From NCBI GenBank assembly GCA_905194675.1, contig CAJJTG010000001.1, positions 75,632 to 139,631 on the forward strand: a DNA stretch of 64,000 nt. Reading direction: 5' to 3'. The position numbers were made by a program, and so were the translations under genes. Each line of letters opens with the position of its first letter. Within the stretch, counting starts at the first letter, position 1. The notes beneath the pieces were generated by a model. The model worked only from the letters and a program-made list of their open reading frames with translations, searched no databases and was not told the origin of the DNA. The DNA comes from an uncultured Collinsella sp. GTDB lineage: Bacteria; Actinomycetota; Coriobacteriia; Coriobacteriales; Coriobacteriaceae. Positions 28,239 through 37,990 of this stretch are shown piece by piece.

Positions 28239-28892
28239 ATGGGTTATTCGATCGTCAACATCCTTGGCGGCCTTCTGATCGTCACGTCCACCATGGTGGT
28301 CGTCTCAAAGAACATCAAGCACGCCATCCGCTGGTATGCGGTGCAGTCGCTGGTGCTCGTGGGACTGCTCGCTACGCTCGGTGCCACCACCGGTGCGCAG
28401 GAGTTGCTTATGTGGGCTGGATCTGCCTTTATCACCAAGGTCGTCCTGGTCCCTTATATCCTCAACCGCGCATACAAGAAGATGGGCGAGCCGAGTGACG
28501 CATCGCTTAAGGCCGGCCTTAAGCCTGCGTGGGCCATTTGCATCATCTCCGTGGAGGTCGCGATTTGCTTTGCCGTCGTGACGCAGATCAGCCTGCCCAC
28601 GGCCGAGGTCGCAACGCCTGCGCTCGCAATTAGCTTCGCTCACTTCTTTGTGGGCCTCACCTGCATCATCTCGCAGCGCAACATCATGAAGCAGATCTTT
28701 GGATACTGCCTTATGGAAAACGGCAGCCATGTGACGCTCGCGCTTTTGGCCCCCACCGCCCCCGAGATCATCGAGATCGGTATCGCCACCGACGCCATCT
28801 TTGCCGTCATCATCATGTCCATCGTCGTGCGTCGCATTTGGGACGACTCCCACTCGCTCGATGCGCGCGACCTGTCCGAGCTGAGGGGGTAG
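28239..28892 (+). CDS. hyfE: Hydrogenase-4 membrane subunit E
   Basis: 217 aa hydrophobic protein, same size and order as E. coli HyfE. Confidence 0.65.
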   Translation: MGYSIVNILGGLLIVTSTMVVVSKNIKHAIRWYAVQSLVLVGLLATLGATTGAQELLMWAGSAFITKVVLVPYILNRAYKKMGEPSDASLKAGLKPAWAICIISVEVAICFAVVTQISLPTAEVATPALAISFAHFFVGLTCIISQRNIMKQIFGYCLMENGSHVTLALLAPTAPEIIEIGIATDAIFAVIIMSIVVRRIWDDSHSLDARDLSELRG

Positions 28893-28895
28893 TCC

Positions 28896-30455
28896 ATGGA
28901 AACGTTGATTCTCGCCCTGCTCGCGACTCCTTTGGTGTTCTCGCTGGTCATGGCGTTTTTGCCCAAGAACACGTCCTATAACGTGTTTGCCGGTCTCAAC
29001 CTGGTCTCCGTCGCAGCCGTCCTGGTGCTGTCGATTATGACGGCCGGTGACGTCCTTATGAGCGGCGAAACCGCGAGCGCTCTTGGCCTGTGGTTCCACC
29101 TCGATTCGCTGGGCGCCATCTTTGTGCTGCTCATCGGCTTTATCGGTTTTCTTACGGGGCTGTTCTCGCTGCCCTATGTAAAGGCCGATATCGAGGAGGG
29201 CTCCATGCCCGCCGAGCGCGCCAAGCAGTATTTTGCGCTGTTTAGCCTGTTTGTGTTCACCATGCTGCTCGCGTGCCTGTCCAACAACATGATCCTCACG
29301 TGGGCCGCCGTGGAGGCAACCACGCTTTCCACCGTGTTCCTCGTGGGTATCTACAAGAACAAGACGGCCCTCGAGGCTTCTTGGAAGTATGCGATGGTCT
29401 GCACCGCCGGCGTGGCCTTCGGCCTGTTCGGTACGCTGCTGATCTACGCCAACGCCGCCGACGTGATTCCCAATGCCCACGAGGCCGCATTCCTGTCGTG
29501 CGTGCTGCCGTATGCCGATCAGTTCGACCCGACGCTCATGCGCCTCGCCTTTGCGTTTATCGTGATCGGTTTTGGCACCAAGGCCGGCCTGTTCCCCATG
29601 CACACTTGGCTGCCCGATGCCCACTCCCAGGCCCCGAGCCCTGTCTCGGCCCTGCTCTCGGGCGTGCTGCTTAAGTGCGCCATGCTTGTGATCATGCGCT
29701 TCTACGGCTTTACTATCCAAGCCGTGGGCGCCGAGTATCCGCAACTTTTGCTGCTGATCGTCGGCACGCTGTCCATTTTGGTGGCGGCGCTTTCGATGTT
29801 TCGCCAGGACGACCTCAAGCGCCGCTTTGCGTACTCGTCTGTGGAGAACGTGGGCGTTATCGCCCTGTGCCTGGGTATCGGTGGCCCGCTGGGTATCGCC
29901 GCGGCCCTGCTGCACTGCGTGTTCCACGGCTTTACCAAGACGCTTGCCTTCTGCGTGTCCGGCAACATCCAGCACGCCTTTGGCACGCGTAGCCTGGCCA
30001 AGATCCAGGGCGTCGTCGAGGTTGCACCCGCAACCGCCGCGCTCGCCGTCCTGGCACTGCTCGGTCTTGGTGCCTTCCCGCCCTTTGGCATGTTTATCTC
30101 CGAGTTCCTGACTTTTGTCGCCGGTGTTACCGCCGGTCCCATGTGGCTGGTCGTCGTGGTCGCCCTCGGTCTTACCGTGGCCATCTCCGCGCTCACCCGT
30201 ATCGCACTCAAGTCGGTATTCGGCCATGCGCCCCAGGGCATGGGCAAGCATGAGGCCCCGGCGCTCATGCTTATCCCCGAAATCATCCTGGCTGTCATGA
30301 TCTTGTGGTTTGGCATCGCCACCCCGCTGCCTCTCGTGCACGGTGTGGAGACCGCGACCGGCATCGTGCTCGAGCAGAGCACCGAGGAACTTCACGCGAC
30401 GCCGATGTACCGCGCTGTGTTCGGTACTGAGACCGCTCAGAGCGAGGTGGAGTAA
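28896..30455 (+). CDS. hyfF: Hydrogenase-4 membrane subunit F (NuoN-like)
   Basis: 519 aa. WLPDAHSQAPSPVSALLSGVLLK motif. Confidence 0.75.
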   Translation: METLILALLATPLVFSLVMAFLPKNTSYNVFAGLNLVSVAAVLVLSIMTAGDVLMSGETASALGLWFHLDSLGAIFVLLIGFIGFLTGLFSLPYVKADIEEGSMPAERAKQYFALFSLFVFTMLLACLSNNMILTWAAVEATTLSTVFLVGIYKNKTALEASWKYAMVCTAGVAFGLFGTLLIYANAADVIPNAHEAAFLSCVLPYADQFDPTLMRLAFAFIVIGFGTKAGLFPMHTWLPDAHSQAPSPVSALLSGVLLKCAMLVIMRFYGFTIQAVGAEYPQLLLLIVGTLSILVAALSMFRQDDLKRRFAYSSVENVGVIALCLGIGGPLGIAAALLHCVFHGFTKTLAFCVSGNIQHAFGTRSLAKIQGVVEVAPATAALAVLALLGLGAFPPFGMFISEFLTFVAGVTAGPMWLVVVVALGLTVAISALTRIALKSVFGHAPQGMGKHEAPALMLIPEIILAVMILWFGIATPLPLVHGVETATGIVLEQSTEELHATPMYRAVFGTETAQSEVE

Positions 30456-30458
30456 CGA

Positions 30459-32231
30459 ATGATTGAAACTGAGAACAAGGTGTATGCCCGTCGCTGCGAG
30501 AGCCATGTCGAGGCCCTGCGCCGCGCCGTTCCGGGCTGCATCGAGAAGGTCGAGTGGCAGTGCGAGGACCAGCTGACGATCACCGTCAAGCAGGACAAGC
30601 TGCCCGAGGCCGTCCACTACCTGTATTACGAGCGCTACGGCTGGATTCCCGTAATCATCGGCAACGACGAGCGCAGTCTGTGCGGTCGCTACGCCGTGTA
30701 CTACGTCATCTCCATGGAGGGGGAGGACCCCGGCTGGGTGACCGTGCGCACCGAGGTCGATCCCGCCAAGATGACGTTCCCGTCCGTGACGCCGTTCGTC
30801 CCCGCCTGCGTGTGGGGCGAGCGCGAGCTGCGCGACATGTTCGGCCTGATCCCCGAGGGTCTGCCCGATCGTCGTCGCCTGGTGCTGCCCGACGATTGGC
30901 CCAGTGGCCTGTACCCGCTGCGCAAGGACTCCATGGACTACCGCTTCCGTCCCGCTCCCGCGAGTGACATGGAAAACTACGAGTTCTTGGCCGATACCAA
31001 GGGCAAGGAGACGACGCTTGTCCCCATGGGCCCGTTGCACATTACCTCCGACGAGCCCGGCCACTTCCGCCTGTTCGTTGAGGGCGAGACGATCGTCGAC
31101 GCCGACTACCGTCTGTTCTACGTGCACCGCGGCATGGAGAAGGTCGCCGAGACGCGCCTGAACTATGACGCCGTGACGTTCCTCGCCGACCGCATCTGCG
31201 GCATCTGCGGCTGCGCCCACTCGGTGGCCTATGCCGAGGCCGTCGAGCGTGCCCAGGGCATCCATGTCCCGCCGCGCGCCCAGTACATCCGCGCCATCAT
31301 GCTCGAGGTCGAGCGTCTGCACTCGCATCTGCTCAATATTGGCCTGGCGTCGCACTACACGGGCTTCGACTCCGGCTTCCAGCAGTTCTTCCGCGTCCGC
31401 GAGAAGTCCATGGACCTGGCCGAGAAGCTCTCCGGTCACCGCAAGACCTACGGCCTTAACGTGATCGGCGGCGTGCGTCGCGACATTTTGGCCGAGCAGA
31501 AGCTCTCCACGCTCACGACCATCCACCAGCTGCGCTCCGAGGTTCAGGAGCTCGTCGACGTCTTGCTCTCCACGCCCAACTTTATTGAGCGTACGAGTGG
31601 CATTGGCATCTTGGACCGCAAGATCGCACGCGACTTCTCGCCGGTCGGCCCGCTCATGCGTGGCTCGGGCTATGCCCGCGACGTGCGTTTTGACCATCCC
31701 TTCGACGGCTACGCCGATCCGGACGTCCAAAAGATGCACGCCGCTACGGCCGACACCTGCGATGCCTTCGGCCGTACCGCCGTTCGCATCCAGGAGGTCT
31801 ACGATTCGATCGACATGATCGAGACCATGCTCGAGAACTGCCCGTCGGGCCCCATCCTCACCACGGATTGGGAGTACACCCCGCACAAGTACGCCATCGG
31901 CGCCACCGAGGCGCCGCGCGGCGAGGACGTGCATTGGGCCATGCTCGGCAACAACCAGAAGTGCTACCGCTGGCGCGCCAAGGCCGCCACGTACAGCAAC
32001 TGGCCGGTCCTGCGCTACATGTTCCGCGGCAACACCGTGGGCGACGCGGCGCTGATCGTCGGCTCGCTCGACCCGTGCTACTCCTGCACCGACCGCGTGA
32101 CGGTGACCGATGTCGCCGCCAAGCGCGACCACGTGCTCGACAAGGAGCAGTTCGAGAACGTCTGGCGCGACAAGTCGCCGCTTGCGGGCGAGGGCACCAT
32201 GGCCGCTCCGCTCGATGAGGAGGCGCTCTAA
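30459..32231 (+). CDS. hyfG: [NiFe] hydrogenase-4 large subunit (NuoC/NuoD fusion type)
   Basis: RICGICGCAHS N-terminal Ni-binding motif. C-terminal DPCYSCTDR motif followed by a ~35-aa extension, the expected substrate of the HycI protease. Confidence 0.85.
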   Translation: MIETENKVYARRCESHVEALRRAVPGCIEKVEWQCEDQLTITVKQDKLPEAVHYLYYERYGWIPVIIGNDERSLCGRYAVYYVISMEGEDPGWVTVRTEVDPAKMTFPSVTPFVPACVWGERELRDMFGLIPEGLPDRRRLVLPDDWPSGLYPLRKDSMDYRFRPAPASDMENYEFLADTKGKETTLVPMGPLHITSDEPGHFRLFVEGETIVDADYRLFYVHRGMEKVAETRLNYDAVTFLADRICGICGCAHSVAYAEAVERAQGIHVPPRAQYIRAIMLEVERLHSHLLNIGLASHYTGFDSGFQQFFRVREKSMDLAEKLSGHRKTYGLNVIGGVRRDILAEQKLSTLTTIHQLRSEVQELVDVLLSTPNFIERTSGIGILDRKIARDFSPVGPLMRGSGYARDVRFDHPFDGYADPDVQKMHAATADTCDAFGRTAVRIQEVYDSIDMIETMLENCPSGPILTTDWEYTPHKYAIGATEAPRGEDVHWAMLGNNQKCYRWRAKAATYSNWPVLRYMFRGNTVGDAALIVGSLDPCYSCTDRVTVTDVAAKRDHVLDKEQFENVWRDKSPLAGEGTMAAPLDEEAL

Positions 32232-32232
32232 T

Positions 32233-32949
32233 ATGCTGAAGCTTTGGAAGGTTAACGCCAAGGCCGGCGACGCGACGGTCAAGTACCCGTTTGCGCCGTT
32301 TCCCACCAACAAGGATATGCGCGGCAAGCCCGAGCACAACGCGGAGCTCTGCATCGCCTGCGGTGCCTGCGGCGTGGCGTGCCCGGCCGATGCCATTCGC
32401 ATGGACACCGACCTTGCGGCCGATACCATCACCTGGTCGATCGACTACGGTCGCTGCATCTTTTGCGGCCGCTGCGAGGAAGCCTGCCCCATGGAGGCCA
32501 TCAAGCTCACCGAGGAGTTTGAGCTGGCCGTCATGAGCAAGGACGACCTCACCAGCAAGAGCGTCTACACGCTCGAGCACTGCTCGCGTTGCGGCAAGCC
32601 GTTTGCCCCGCACAAGGAGATCGACTACGCCAAGCGCCTGCTGCAAAAGGCCGGCGGCATGGAGGCCGAGCAGGCCGCCCGTACCGTCGGCATGTGCCAG
32701 GAGTGCAAGCGCGAGCTCGACGCCCTGCGCGCCGCCTCGGCCGTCAAGACCGGCAACGCGCGCGGCATGGCTGCCAACGAGACGCTTGCGTCCGGTGAGC
32801 CCCAGGGCCCCGGCATGGAGTATCTGGGCGGCCACGGCGTGAACCCGGAGTATGTCGACCGCGAGCTCAACCCCGATGCGCCCGAGATCCCCGCTGGACC
32901 TGCACCGGTCGAGGGCATCATCATGGATTTTGATACGAAGGAGGAGTAA
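32233..32949 (+). CDS. hyfH: Hydrogenase-4 2x[4Fe-4S] subunit (NuoI/HycF-like) with a C-terminal extension
   Basis: ATG at 32233 immediately after the hyfG stop. CIACGACGVACP and CIFCGRCEEACP motifs. Carries a ~90-aa C-terminal tail not present in E. coli HyfH. Confidence 0.7.
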   Translation: MLKLWKVNAKAGDATVKYPFAPFPTNKDMRGKPEHNAELCIACGACGVACPADAIRMDTDLAADTITWSIDYGRCIFCGRCEEACPMEAIKLTEEFELAVMSKDDLTSKSVYTLEHCSRCGKPFAPHKEIDYAKRLLQKAGGMEAEQAARTVGMCQECKRELDALRAASAVKTGNARGMAANETLASGEPQGPGMEYLGGHGVNPEYVDRELNPDAPEIPAGPAPVEGIIMDFDTKEE

Positions 32950-32951
32950 CC

Positions 32952-33734
32952 ATGGCCGAACCCACGCTTTTGCCCGAGCGGCTTCAGTACCGCCCGACCA
33001 AGATCGAGCTCGACGAGAGCATCGAGAAGGCCAAGGCGACCCTTCTTAAGAAGATCAAGCGCTCGGTGTACGTCTACCGTGTTGACTGCGGCGGCTGCAA
33101 CGGCTGCGAGATCGAGATCTTCGGTTCCATCACGCCTGTCTTCGACGTCGAGCGTTTTGGCATCAAGGTCGTGCCCTCGCCCCGTCACGCCGATGTGCTG
33201 TTGTACACCGGCGCCGTGACGCGTGCCATGCGCATGCCGGCCCTGCGCGCCTTTGAGGCCGCGCCCGATCCCAAGATCGTGGTGTCCTATGGTGCGTGCG
33301 GCTGCACCGGTGGCATCTTCTACGACAACTACTGCGTCTGGGGCGGCACGGACAAGATTCTGCCGGTCGATGTCTACATCCCCGGCTGCCCGCCCAGCCC
33401 TGCGCAGACCATCTACGGCTTTGCTATGGCGCTCGGTCTGCTGGACCAAAAGCTCCATGCCGAGACCACGGTGGAGGCCGCCGGCGAGCAGGCCGATATC
33501 CTGCACCCCGGCGTGCCGTACAAGCTGCGTGTTGCCATCGAGCGCGAGGCTCGCGCCATGAGCGGCTACCGTTATGGCCGCGACCTGGCCAACGAGTTTA
33601 TGGATACGCTCGAGGGCGCGCCCAAGGGCGATATCCGCGGTGCCATGGCGCTGCTCATCGACAAGCAGGACGATCCGCGCCGCGTCGAGGTGTACTCGGC
33701 ACTGCAGGATCTGGTGCTGGCCGGAGGTCGCTAG
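32952..33734 (+). CDS. hyfI: [NiFe] hydrogenase-4 small subunit (NuoB/HycG-like) with a C-terminal extension
   Basis: CGGCNGCE, GACGCTGG and GCPP motifs. Confidence 0.8.
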   Translation: MAEPTLLPERLQYRPTKIELDESIEKAKATLLKKIKRSVYVYRVDCGGCNGCEIEIFGSITPVFDVERFGIKVVPSPRHADVLLYTGAVTRAMRMPALRAFEAAPDPKIVVSYGACGCTGGIFYDNYCVWGGTDKILPVDVYIPGCPPSPAQTIYGFAMALGLLDQKLHAETTVEAAGEQADILHPGVPYKLRVAIEREARAMSGYRYGRDLANEFMDTLEGAPKGDIRGAMALLIDKQDDPRRVEVYSALQDLVLAGGR

Positions 33735-34316
33735 ATGGAGCTCACGGACCGCTCTGGTTACTTTGCGGGCCCCGGCATGCTCGGCGGCTCCTTTGGCGAT
33801 GCCTCGCGCGCAAGCGACGAGGCTGCCGAGGGCGTCGCCGACCCTTGCCTGGGCCATGCGCCCGACCAGGTGGTCTTTTACGAGCTCACACGTAAGTTTG
33901 TGGAGACCGAGGAAGACGTTCCCCAGGAGGCCTGCGACGTGCTGTACTACACGCTCGCCGTGGGCCACCACACCGGCGTGCTCGACTGCTTTGAGCCGCG
34001 CCTGTCGGTGCCGGTGGATGTGTTCTATTCGCTCGTCGACGCGCTGCCGGAGGGGGAGGCCAAGACCAAGTTTGAGGCCATCCGCTCCTTTGGCGAGTGC
34101 CAGCTCGACAAGGCGGCGGTGCCGTCGCTGCTCGAGGCCTGCGATGCGCTGCTCGACGAGCGCGGTTTTCGCGGGTCGGCCAAGGCCGGCATCTCGGTGT
34201 TCGACGACGACTTTGGCTTGCATGCCCAGCAGGTCGCGTTTCTGATGAAGTTTCGCGATCTGGTGGAGCGCGTGCGCGATGTGTCGGGCGTGTATCTGAC
34301 GGGGAGGTTGCAGTAA
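33735..34316 (+). CDS. hyfJ: Formate hydrogenlyase maturation protein HycH/HyfJ-like
   Basis: 193 aa acidic protein in the hyfJ position. Assigned by synteny only. Confidence 0.45.
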   Translation: MELTDRSGYFAGPGMLGGSFGDASRASDEAAEGVADPCLGHAPDQVVFYELTRKFVETEEDVPQEACDVLYYTLAVGHHTGVLDCFEPRLSVPVDVFYSLVDALPEGEAKTKFEAIRSFGECQLDKAAVPSLLEACDALLDERGFRGSAKAGISVFDDDFGLHAQQVAFLMKFRDLVERVRDVSGVYLTGRLQ

Positions 34317-34819
34317 TGGGTTGCGTTGTGGATGGACGTTTGAACGGCGCCCCGTTTGCGGGCATCGTGCTCACGGCGGGAAGCGTGCTGCGTGCCGACG
34401 ATGCCGCCGGCCCCGTGCTCTCCAAAAAGATGGAGGACGCGCCCATCGCCGGTTGGTACACAATCGACGGCGGCCAAACGCCCGAGGATGACATCATCGA
34501 GGTCAAGCGCGAGCGTCCGCCGCGTCTGGTCTTGGTCGATGCCGCCGACATGGCGCTGCCCGTCGGGTCCATCCGTTTGCTTGACAAGCGCGATGTGGCC
34601 CGCAAGTCGATGTTCACCACGCATTCGCTTCCTTTGTCGATTCTGATCGAAGAGATTGAGCAATCGTGCGATGATATCGTCTTCGTCGGGATTCAGCCGG
34701 GCGACACGGAGTTCTACAACCCCATGTCCCCGGAAGTCTTTGACGCCGTCGACGCCGTGTACGACGCCGTGGCCGCCAACGACTTTTCCCACTTTGTCCG
34801 CTTGGGGCAAGAGCAGTAG
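34316..34819 (+). CDS. hycI: Hydrogenase 3/4 large-subunit maturation endopeptidase
   Basis: ATG overlaps the previous stop (TAATG). GCVVDGRLNG...LVLVDAADM resembles HycI/HybD family proteases. Confidence 0.6.
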   Translation: MGCVVDGRLNGAPFAGIVLTAGSVLRADDAAGPVLSKKMEDAPIAGWYTIDGGQTPEDDIIEVKRERPPRLVLVDAADMALPVGSIRLLDKRDVARKSMFTTHSLPLSILIEEIEQSCDDIVFVGIQPGDTEFYNPMSPEVFDAVDAVYDAVAANDFSHFVRLGQEQ

Positions 34820-34858
34820 GAGCACTTGTTCCATTTTGTTAGGAAAGAAGTGATTGAC

Positions 34859-35698
34859 ATGGCAGATTCCAAGGTGGAGTATCCCGCTCCCGATTGCCTG
34901 GCACCCGCCGCGATCGAGGCCAAGACCGAGGCCGCCGGCGTGACCAAGGCCAACCTGCCGGTCGCTAAGGCCTTTCTGTTGGCAATGTTCGCCGGTGCGT
35001 TCATTGCCTTCGGCGGTCTGTTCTTTACGGTGTTTTTGAGCGACAACACGCTGGGCTGGGGTGCCCAGCGCGTCGTGGGCGGCCTGTGCTTTTGCCTGGG
35101 CCTGGTGCTGGTACTGGTGTGCGGCGCCGAGCTGTTTACCGGCAATTCGCTTATGGTCTGTGCGCTCAAGAGCAAAAAGATCACCCTGGCTCAGATGCTC
35201 AAGGCCTGGGTCGTCGTGTGGGTCGGCAATTTTGTCGGTGCCCTGTTCATCGTCTTTTTGGTGTACATGGCCGGCATTTACAAGCTCAACGGCGGGGCGG
35301 TCGCCAATTCCATGGTGAGCGTCGCCGCCGGCAAGGTGACGATCGACTGGGTGACGATCTTCTTCCGCGGCATCCTGTGCAACATTTTTGTGTGCCTGGC
35401 CGTGTGGATCGGTACCGCCGGCAAGACCGTGGTCGATAAGGTCGTGGGCATTCTGCTGCCCATTGCCGCGTTTGTGGCCTGCGGTTTTGAGCACTGCGTT
35501 GCCAACATGTACTTTTTGCCCATGGGGGCCGTGATGCACGCGTGCGGCTACGGTGCCGACGTCGCCGGCGCCGATGCACTCAACGCCGCGGGCATTGCGT
35601 TTAACCTGTCCGCCGCCACGCTGGGCAACATCGTGGGCGGCGCGGTTCTGGTTGCGCTCGGCTACTGGTTTATCTACGCCAAGAAGTCCGAGGCGTAA
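34859..35698 (+). CDS. focB: Formate channel (FNT family)
   Basis: GAELFTGN and GFEHCVANMYF FNT signatures. Sits in the position focB occupies at the end of the E. coli hyf operon. Confidence 0.8.
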   Translation: MADSKVEYPAPDCLAPAAIEAKTEAAGVTKANLPVAKAFLLAMFAGAFIAFGGLFFTVFLSDNTLGWGAQRVVGGLCFCLGLVLVLVCGAELFTGNSLMVCALKSKKITLAQMLKAWVVVWVGNFVGALFIVFLVYMAGIYKLNGGAVANSMVSVAAGKVTIDWVTIFFRGILCNIFVCLAVWIGTAGKTVVDKVVGILLPIAAFVACGFEHCVANMYFLPMGAVMHACGYGADVAGADALNAAGIAFNLSAATLGNIVGGAVLVALGYWFIYAKKSEA

Positions 35699-35720
35699 GG
35701 TACCGTCTGTTTGACGTCGG

Positions 35721-35757
35721 GCCTCCCGCGGGGCGTTGCCGTGCGGGAGGCTTTTTG
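35721..35757 (+). terminator. Rho-independent terminator closing the fdhF-hyf-focB operon
   Basis: cctcccgc-ggggcgttgccgt-gcgggagg followed by cttttt. Confidence 0.7.
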
Positions 35758-35820
35758 GGCCTGGGGCCCGTTGCCGGGCTGTTGGCCTGTTCTGTTTGGC
35801 TGGTGAAAGGGGTAATCGAG

Positions 35821-37938
35821 ATGGCATCTGCTGTGAAGCGTGACGGTCGCGCCGTGGTGACCACATGCGGGGGATGCTATGCCGATTGCGCCTTTGCGGC
35901 ACGCGTTGAGGACGGTCGTGTGGTGGCCGAGTTGCCGGTGCCGGGGCATCCATGCGCGGCGCGTGCCCTGTGCGCCCGCGGGCGGCATCGCCTGTCCATG
36001 CCGTTTGATGAGCGCGATCGGATTTTGCATCCCATGCGCCGCCGAGCTGATGGCTCGGGGTTTGATGCGATTTCCTGGGATGAGGCGTTTGCCCAGATTG
36101 CCGAGTGTCTTTTGGGGATTGTTGACGAGCGCGGGCCCCGTGCGCTGGGCATGACGCTCGGCGTGCCCTCGTTCGACCGCTACTGGGGCTATCGTCTTAT
36201 GCACGCGCTGGGTTCGCCCAACGTGTACGGTGCCGACGGTGCCTGCGAGGTAAGCCGACTTACCGGCTGGGAGCACAGCCTGGGCTACAGTCCCGCCTCC
36301 GACCTGGCGCATACCGATTGCATTATGTACCTGGGGCGTTCCATTGTCGATTCGTCGACGATGGGGGCCGTTGACGCGCTCAACGATGCCCGTCGCCGTG
36401 GGGCGAAGATCATCGTTGTTGACCCCCGGCGCAGCGGCTCGGCTGCACTTGCCGACCGCTGGTTGCGCGTGCGCCCGGGCTGCGACTTGGCGCTGCTGTT
36501 GGGTATTGCGCATGTCTTGATTGCCGAGGACCTGTATGACCACGAGTTCGTGACCCGCTATACCACGGGTTTTGACGAGCTGGCGCAGGCGGCCCGTGCT
36601 TGGACGCCCGAGTGGGCCGAGTCGATGTGCGACGTGCCGGCCGCAGAGATCGCCGCCACGGCGCGCGATCTAGCTGCGGCCGCGCCTGCTGCCGTGGTGG
36701 ACGCCGGCTTTCATGGCGGCATTGGCATCGCGTATGCCAATAGCACCCAGACCGCGCGCGCTATCTGCTTGGTCGATGTGCTGCTGGGCTGTATTGGACA
36801 TGTGGGCGGCGCGCTCAATCCACCCACACCGCTTGCGCTGGGCGACCTTGATCCCGCACGCTTTGCGACGCCGCCGGTGTCGCGCATGTCCAAGCTGGGA
36901 TCCGAGCGCTATCCACTGGTCGATCCGGTGCGCGGCCTGTGTACGACCATCGGTCAGTCGATTCTTGCCGGCGATTTGCGTGGGCTCATCGTCTATGCCA
37001 GTAACCCCGGTGCGGGCTATGGTAATGCACAAGCTTGGTTGGGTATTTTGCAGCAGCTCGACTTGCTCGTGACGATTGATATTCGCTGGTCCGAGACGGC
37101 GCGTGCTTCTGACTTCGTGCTGCCCGACGTGACGTATCTGGAAGCCGACCGCGGCGTGGGCACGGTCGTGGGCGCCAACGATTCGCGGGTGTTCTACCGC
37201 AACGCCGTGCTGCCTGTGCAGCATGACGACACACGTCCCGGTCGGGAGATTTTTGCCGGTCTGGCGCAGGCGTGTGGCGCGGGCGAGTACTTCCAGTTTA
37301 CGTCTGACGATCTGGCGGCTGCCCAGGTGGCGCCTTTTGGGATCAATCTGGATGAGCTCAAGGAGCGCGGCTGGGCCGACACGGGTGTTGCGTTGCCGTC
37401 GCGTACGGGCGAGCCGGCGATTCCCTTGGATGGCGGCAAAATTGCGCTGGCAAGCGACGTATGGGAACGAGCCGGTCTGGGTCGTGTGCCCAACTGGATC
37501 GCTCCCATGGTGGAGCCTGGCCCGGGGATGTTTCGCCTCATTAGCGGCAACCGTCCCTTTGAGTCGCATACCTCGCGAAGGCTTGCAGCCCAAGGTGCCG
37601 CTGAGGCTGGGTCGGACCTGGATGCCGTGCAGATGAATGCCGATGCTGCTGCGCACATGGGCATCGCCGACGGCGAGATCGTCGAACTCGTGAGCGATAT
37701 GGGCCGCGACCGCGCGCGTGTGGAGACGACGCCGTATCTGCATCCGGCGTGCATCTTCACCTCGGCCGCCCCCGGTGGGCGTTCGTTTGACGCCGATGCC
37801 GGTGGCGCTCAAGGCTTGGGCGTGGGCCCGCTCGACCATACGCCGTTGCGTTGGGACCCGTTGACGGGTGCCGCGCTCACCCAGGAAAACGCCGTTCGCG
37901 TGGAAAAGATCGCGGCGCGCGGGGATAATGACAAGTAA
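35821..37938 (+). CDS. Molybdopterin (bis-MGD) oxidoreductase of the DMSO reductase family, cytoplasmic (no Tat signal), substrate unknown
   Basis: N-terminal CGGCYADC Fe-S motif directly after the Met. ~706 aa with typical molybdopterin oxidoreductase blocks. No RRxFLK twin-arginine motif. The ORF extends in-frame upstream to 35755, but ATG 35821 is preferred. Confidence 0.65.
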   Translation: MASAVKRDGRAVVTTCGGCYADCAFAARVEDGRVVAELPVPGHPCAARALCARGRHRLSMPFDERDRILHPMRRRADGSGFDAISWDEAFAQIAECLLGIVDERGPRALGMTLGVPSFDRYWGYRLMHALGSPNVYGADGACEVSRLTGWEHSLGYSPASDLAHTDCIMYLGRSIVDSSTMGAVDALNDARRRGAKIIVVDPRRSGSAALADRWLRVRPGCDLALLLGIAHVLIAEDLYDHEFVTRYTTGFDELAQAARAWTPEWAESMCDVPAAEIAATARDLAAAAPAAVVDAGFHGGIGIAYANSTQTARAICLVDVLLGCIGHVGGALNPPTPLALGDLDPARFATPPVSRMSKLGSERYPLVDPVRGLCTTIGQSILAGDLRGLIVYASNPGAGYGNAQAWLGILQQLDLLVTIDIRWSETARASDFVLPDVTYLEADRGVGTVVGANDSRVFYRNAVLPVQHDDTRPGREIFAGLAQACGAGEYFQFTSDDLAAAQVAPFGINLDELKERGWADTGVALPSRTGEPAIPLDGGKIALASDVWERAGLGRVPNWIAPMVEPGPGMFRLISGNRPFESHTSRRLAAQGAAEAGSDLDAVQMNADAAAHMGIADGEIVELVSDMGRDRARVETTPYLHPACIFTSAAPGGRSFDADAGGAQGLGVGPLDHTPLRWDPLTGAALTQENAVRVEKIAARGDNDK

Positions 37939-37990
37939 TTGACTCAGCTGATGTATTCGACTGATCCACGTTTCTTTTGAAAGGCCGCAC

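Noticed and set aside
28305-32432. 1375-aa minus-strand ORF antisense to hyfE-hyfG. Similarly 24524-26317, 26771-28240, 21355-23145, 16949-18289, 52300-54543, 45485-48268, 48602-49960, 50682-52388, 39307-41613 and 36670-38622
   Set aside because: Antisense shadows of strongly supported + strand genes. No domain signal. Composition typical of GC-rich reverse frames.
35755-35820. Upstream extension of the molybdopterin oxidoreductase (start at 35755)
   Set aside because: The extension overlaps the focB terminator region and encodes a hydrophobic/Gly-rich peptide. ATG 35821 places the Cys cluster motif at the N-terminus as in family members.
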